A stretch of 64,000 bases of DNA from an uncultured Verrucomicrobiae bacterium (lineage in GTDB: Bacteria; Verrucomicrobiota; Verrucomicrobiia; Limisphaerales; JAFGQR01), in NCBI GenBank assembly GCA_963788655.1, contig CAWBHS010000062.1:64001-128000 (forward strand), in the 5' to 3' direction. Shown here piece by piece: positions 60,664 to 64,000 of this stretch (position 1 is the first letter of the stretch; every line of letters begins with the position of its first letter). The notes beneath the pieces are model-generated. The model did no database searches, was not told the origin of the DNA, and saw only the letters and a program-made list of their open reading frames with translations. A program made the position numbers and the translations under genes.

Positions 60664-63600
60664 ATGCATGGGCCGGAACAACAACTGCGTTTGCTTACCG
60701 CCGCCGATTGTGAAGTGCGCTTTGACAATCTCACGCGGCAGCTTTACGCCACCGACGCTTCGATTTACCAGGTCGAACCGCTGGGCGTGGCTTTTCCGCG
60801 AAGTGCCGCGCAGGCGGCCTCGGTGATTCAGGCAGCGGCTGAGGCGGGCGTATCGGTCATTCCCCGGGGCGCCGGCAGCGGATTGGTCGGTGGGGCAATT
60901 GGCCATGGCTTGGTGGTCGAGTTTTCCCGCTACAATCGGCAGATCACCGATCTGAACCTGGAGCAGCGCACGGTGAACGTGGGCGCCGGAGTAGGTACTG
61001 GACCAGTTGAACGCGTTCCTCAAACCGCACGGCTACGGTTTCGGCCCGGACGTGGCCACCAGTTCGCGCGCTACGTTGGGCGGCATGATTGCCAACGATT
61101 CCTCCGGCGCGCGGACGCCGGTTTACGGCACCACCGCCGAGCATGTGCGATCGCTCGAATTGGTGCTGGCGGATGGCCGGGTGGAAACCACCGGCTCACA
61201 CGGCGGCACGTTGGCGCCGCTGCGAGAATTCGCCGACCAATTGATACGCCACCATGCTGCCGCCATCGCCGAACGGATGCCCGCCGGGGTTGTTGAAACG
61301 CTGGCCGGGCTACGGCATCAGCCGGTTGTTGCGGGAACCGGGTAACTTGCACCACGTGCTGGCGGGTAGCGAAGGCACGCTGGCAGCCATCATGTCGGCG
61401 GAACTCCGAATCGTTCCTTTACCCCGTGCAAAAGGGCCTCGGCGTCGTGTTCTTCGCTTCGATTGCCGAAGCCATGCAGGCCACGGTGGAATTGCTCGAA
61501 CTCAAACCCGCGGCCATCGAGCACGTGGATCGGGTGTTGTTCGATCAAACGCGCGGCCAGCTTCAATTCCAGGCCGCGCGCGATCTTCTCGAATTGGAGG
61601 CCAAGCCGTGCGAGGCCTTTTTGATCGTCGAATTCTACGACGAAGCGACCGAACGATTGCAGGCGCTGGCGAAAAAGAAACTGGGTTTGCGCACCCGGCT
61701 CGTAAATACCCCTGCGGAAATGGATCTCGTTTGGGGTTTGCGCAAGGCCGGGCTCACTTTGTTGACCGGTCGTCCCGGGCCCGCCAAGCCGGTGACGGGC
61801 ATTGAGGATGCCGCCATTCCGCCCAAGCATTTGCCCGAATATGTTGCCGGGTTGCAATCCCTGCTTAAACCGTTGGCCGTGACCGCTTGCTTCTACGGTC
61901 ATGCGGCTGCGGGGTTGCTCCACGTGCGGCCCGTGCTCGATTTGCACCAGGCGGAGGACTTGCGGAAGTTCCGTCAAATCGCGGACGAGGTTGCCGCGCT
62001 GGTACGGCAATTCAAAGGTTCCCTCTCCGGAGAACACGGCGTTGGCATGGCGCGCACGGAATACTTGCGCGAACAACTGGGCGCGGAAGTCTTCAGGGTG
62101 ATGCGCGAGATCAAGCGAACATTTGATCCGCGGAACGTCTTTAATCCGGGCAAGGTGGTGGGGACGGATGAGGAAGAGGTCGAGGCGGATGCGGGCTTTG
62201 CGAGCGGTTCCAAGGCTTCTGCCGACGAGACGTCGGCACAAACGACGGACAGAGCGTGTTCCGCTACGGACGGAAGTCGGACGGCGCAGCGCCTGTTCCA
62301 AACTGCCGGCAAGATGCCGGCAGCACGTTGGGCGGACTACCGGATTGATCGGCATCTGCGGATGGGCGCGGGTTACGAGTTGAAGCTGCCATTCGAACCG
62401 GAGTTGGCGTTCGCCGCCAAAGACCACTCGTTCGTTGGCAACCTGGAGCAGTGCAATGGGTGCGGTGGCTGCCGCAAGGAAACGCCCACCATGTGTCCGA
62501 CGTTTGTCGCCACCGGCGAGGAAATCATGTCCACGCGCGGCCGGGCCAACACGATTCGCGCCGTGCTGGAACAACGCGGCCTCACCGGCGTAGATCCGTT
62601 GCAGTCGGCAGAGTTGGAAGCCGCCCTAAGCAATTGTCTCTCGTGCAAAGCCTGCACCAAAGAATGCCCGTCCAATGTAAACCTGGCCTTGCTCAAGGCG
62701 GAATTGCGGTACGCGCGGCACCGACGCGATGGTCTGCCACTGCGGGTGCGGTTGATCAGTGCGGTGGACTTGCTGGGCCGGTGGGGGTGCCGGATGCCCG
62801 CGTTGGCCAATGCCGCCCTGCGTTGGCGGTGGCTGCGCTGGCTGATGGAGAAGACATTGGGATTCTCGGCGCAACGCTCGTTGCCCACCTACGCAGCGGA
62901 ACGGTTTGATGATTGGTTTGCCCGCCGGACCGCCACGCCGCCAGCGCATCGCGGCCCGGTCATTTTGTGGGATGACACGTTTGTGCGTTACCATGAACCG
63001 CACATCGGCCAAGCGGCGGTGGCCGTGCTGGAAGCGGCCGGCTTTGAAGTGATCCTGCCGCGAGGCCGCCAATGTTGCGGTCGGCCCGCGTTCAGCCAGG
63101 GAAACTTGGACGAAGTGAGGCGGCTCGGGCGGCACAATCTGGATTTGCTGAAAGACCCGGCCACTGAAAGCGGCAACGGGACTCGGCGGAAAATGCTTGA
63201 AGGCAGTACCGGCCAAATCGCTGGCATCCTCGGGAAGGCCGACGTGCCCATTGTGTTTCTCGAACCGTCCTGCTGGGCCATGTTCAAGGAAGATTACCGG
63301 GAATTGAAATTGGCCGGGGCAGACCAAGTAAGCCCGCGGTGTTTCCTGTTCGAACAGTTTATCGAGGATCTGCTAAGCCGCGAACCGGAGGCTTTACGGT
63401 TCAATCAAGTGCCGGGAACCATTGCCATCCACGCGCATTGCCACGCGAAATCATTGATGAATCCCGCCTTTATGGCCCAGTTGGCGCGCCGTTTGCCAGC
63501 GCGTAACGTAACGCTGCTGGACACCGGCTGTTGTGGCATGGCGGGCGCCTTCGGCACCCTGGCCGCCAAGTATGAACTCTCCCGGATGGTCGCGCAACCG

Positions 63601-63744
63601 CTGGTGGACCTGCTTCAACAGCAACCCGCGGGCAGCGAAATTGTGGCTTCCGGCACCAGTTGCCGTCACCAAATCAGCGATCTCACCCCGGCGCATCCCA
63701 AGCACTTGGCGGAGGTGCTGGCCGCCGCACTGGCGGCCGATTAG
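60664..63744 (+). CDS. FAD-binding and Fe-S-binding oxidoreductase (GlcD/GlcF fusion, YdiJ-like), frameshifted three times
   Basis: LYATDASIYQ, PRGAGSG, TLGGMIANDSSG, GSEGTLA, SGEHGVG, CNGCGGC, CLSCKAC and CCG motifs across ORFs 60664, 61007, 61254 and 61426. Confidence 0.9.
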
Positions 63745-63895
63745 CGCGAGGTACTGTTCCTTTATCCGCGCGAACGTCCGGCTCGAAACGCGAAGGTGGG
63801 CGTCCGTAGTGCCAGGATTCAGAAACCTGGATTCCAGCGACGAAAAATGTTTGCTTGATGTTCAAGCTCATGCGATAACGTCGAGACCGTTGACG

Positions 63896-64000
63896 ATGAA
63901 GAAGCACCGAACTCAAAACCAGAAAGCGACGCTTGTGAAAAATTTGCTCGTTACCCTTGCGGCCGGATGCCTGTTGGCCGGTTGTACTTCCCAGCCAAAG
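63896..64000 (+). CDS. Lipoprotein, 5' partial
   Basis: MKKHRT..KNLLVTLAAGCLLAGCTSQPK with LAGC lipobox; open to the window edge. Confidence 0.6.
   Translation, partial: MKKHRTQNQKATLVKNLLVTLAAGCLLAGCTSQPK

Overview
High-GC bacterial window, most consistent with Verrucomicrobia or another PVC lineage. That assignment is inferred from a PEP-CTERM protein, a GYF/DUF4190 protein, Tat-exported Gfo/Idh/MocA enzymes and giant secreted multidomain proteins. The window encodes carbohydrate uptake and degradation (sugar-binding lipoprotein, SSS symporter, GH2-like, GH129/101-like, clan-A GH and PL7-bearing proteins), acetate/acyl-CoA metabolism, a P-II protein, a Ppx gene divergent from a probable phosphate-starvation surface protein, and an IS630. 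Several intergenic regions are dense with REP-like, heptamer and nonamer hairpin repeats. Many genes are split by single-base indels, probably long-read errors. Four observations stand out. (1) Putative defence genes (TIR, HhH-GPD-like) are separated by repeated copies of a type I RM hsdS 3' tail, with no RM system in the window. (2) An Avd-like four-helix-bundle gene is enclosed by perfect 19-bp heptamer-built inverted repeats, and gene-free elements of the same design occur elsewhere. (3) Three unrelated secreted proteins share a C-terminal F-x6-SY-x7-L..W..[KR]FY domain. (4) A REP palindrome is translated in frame inside an oxidoreductase. I saw no rRNA, tRNA or CRISPR array. All family assignments come from motif recognition only; no searches were run.
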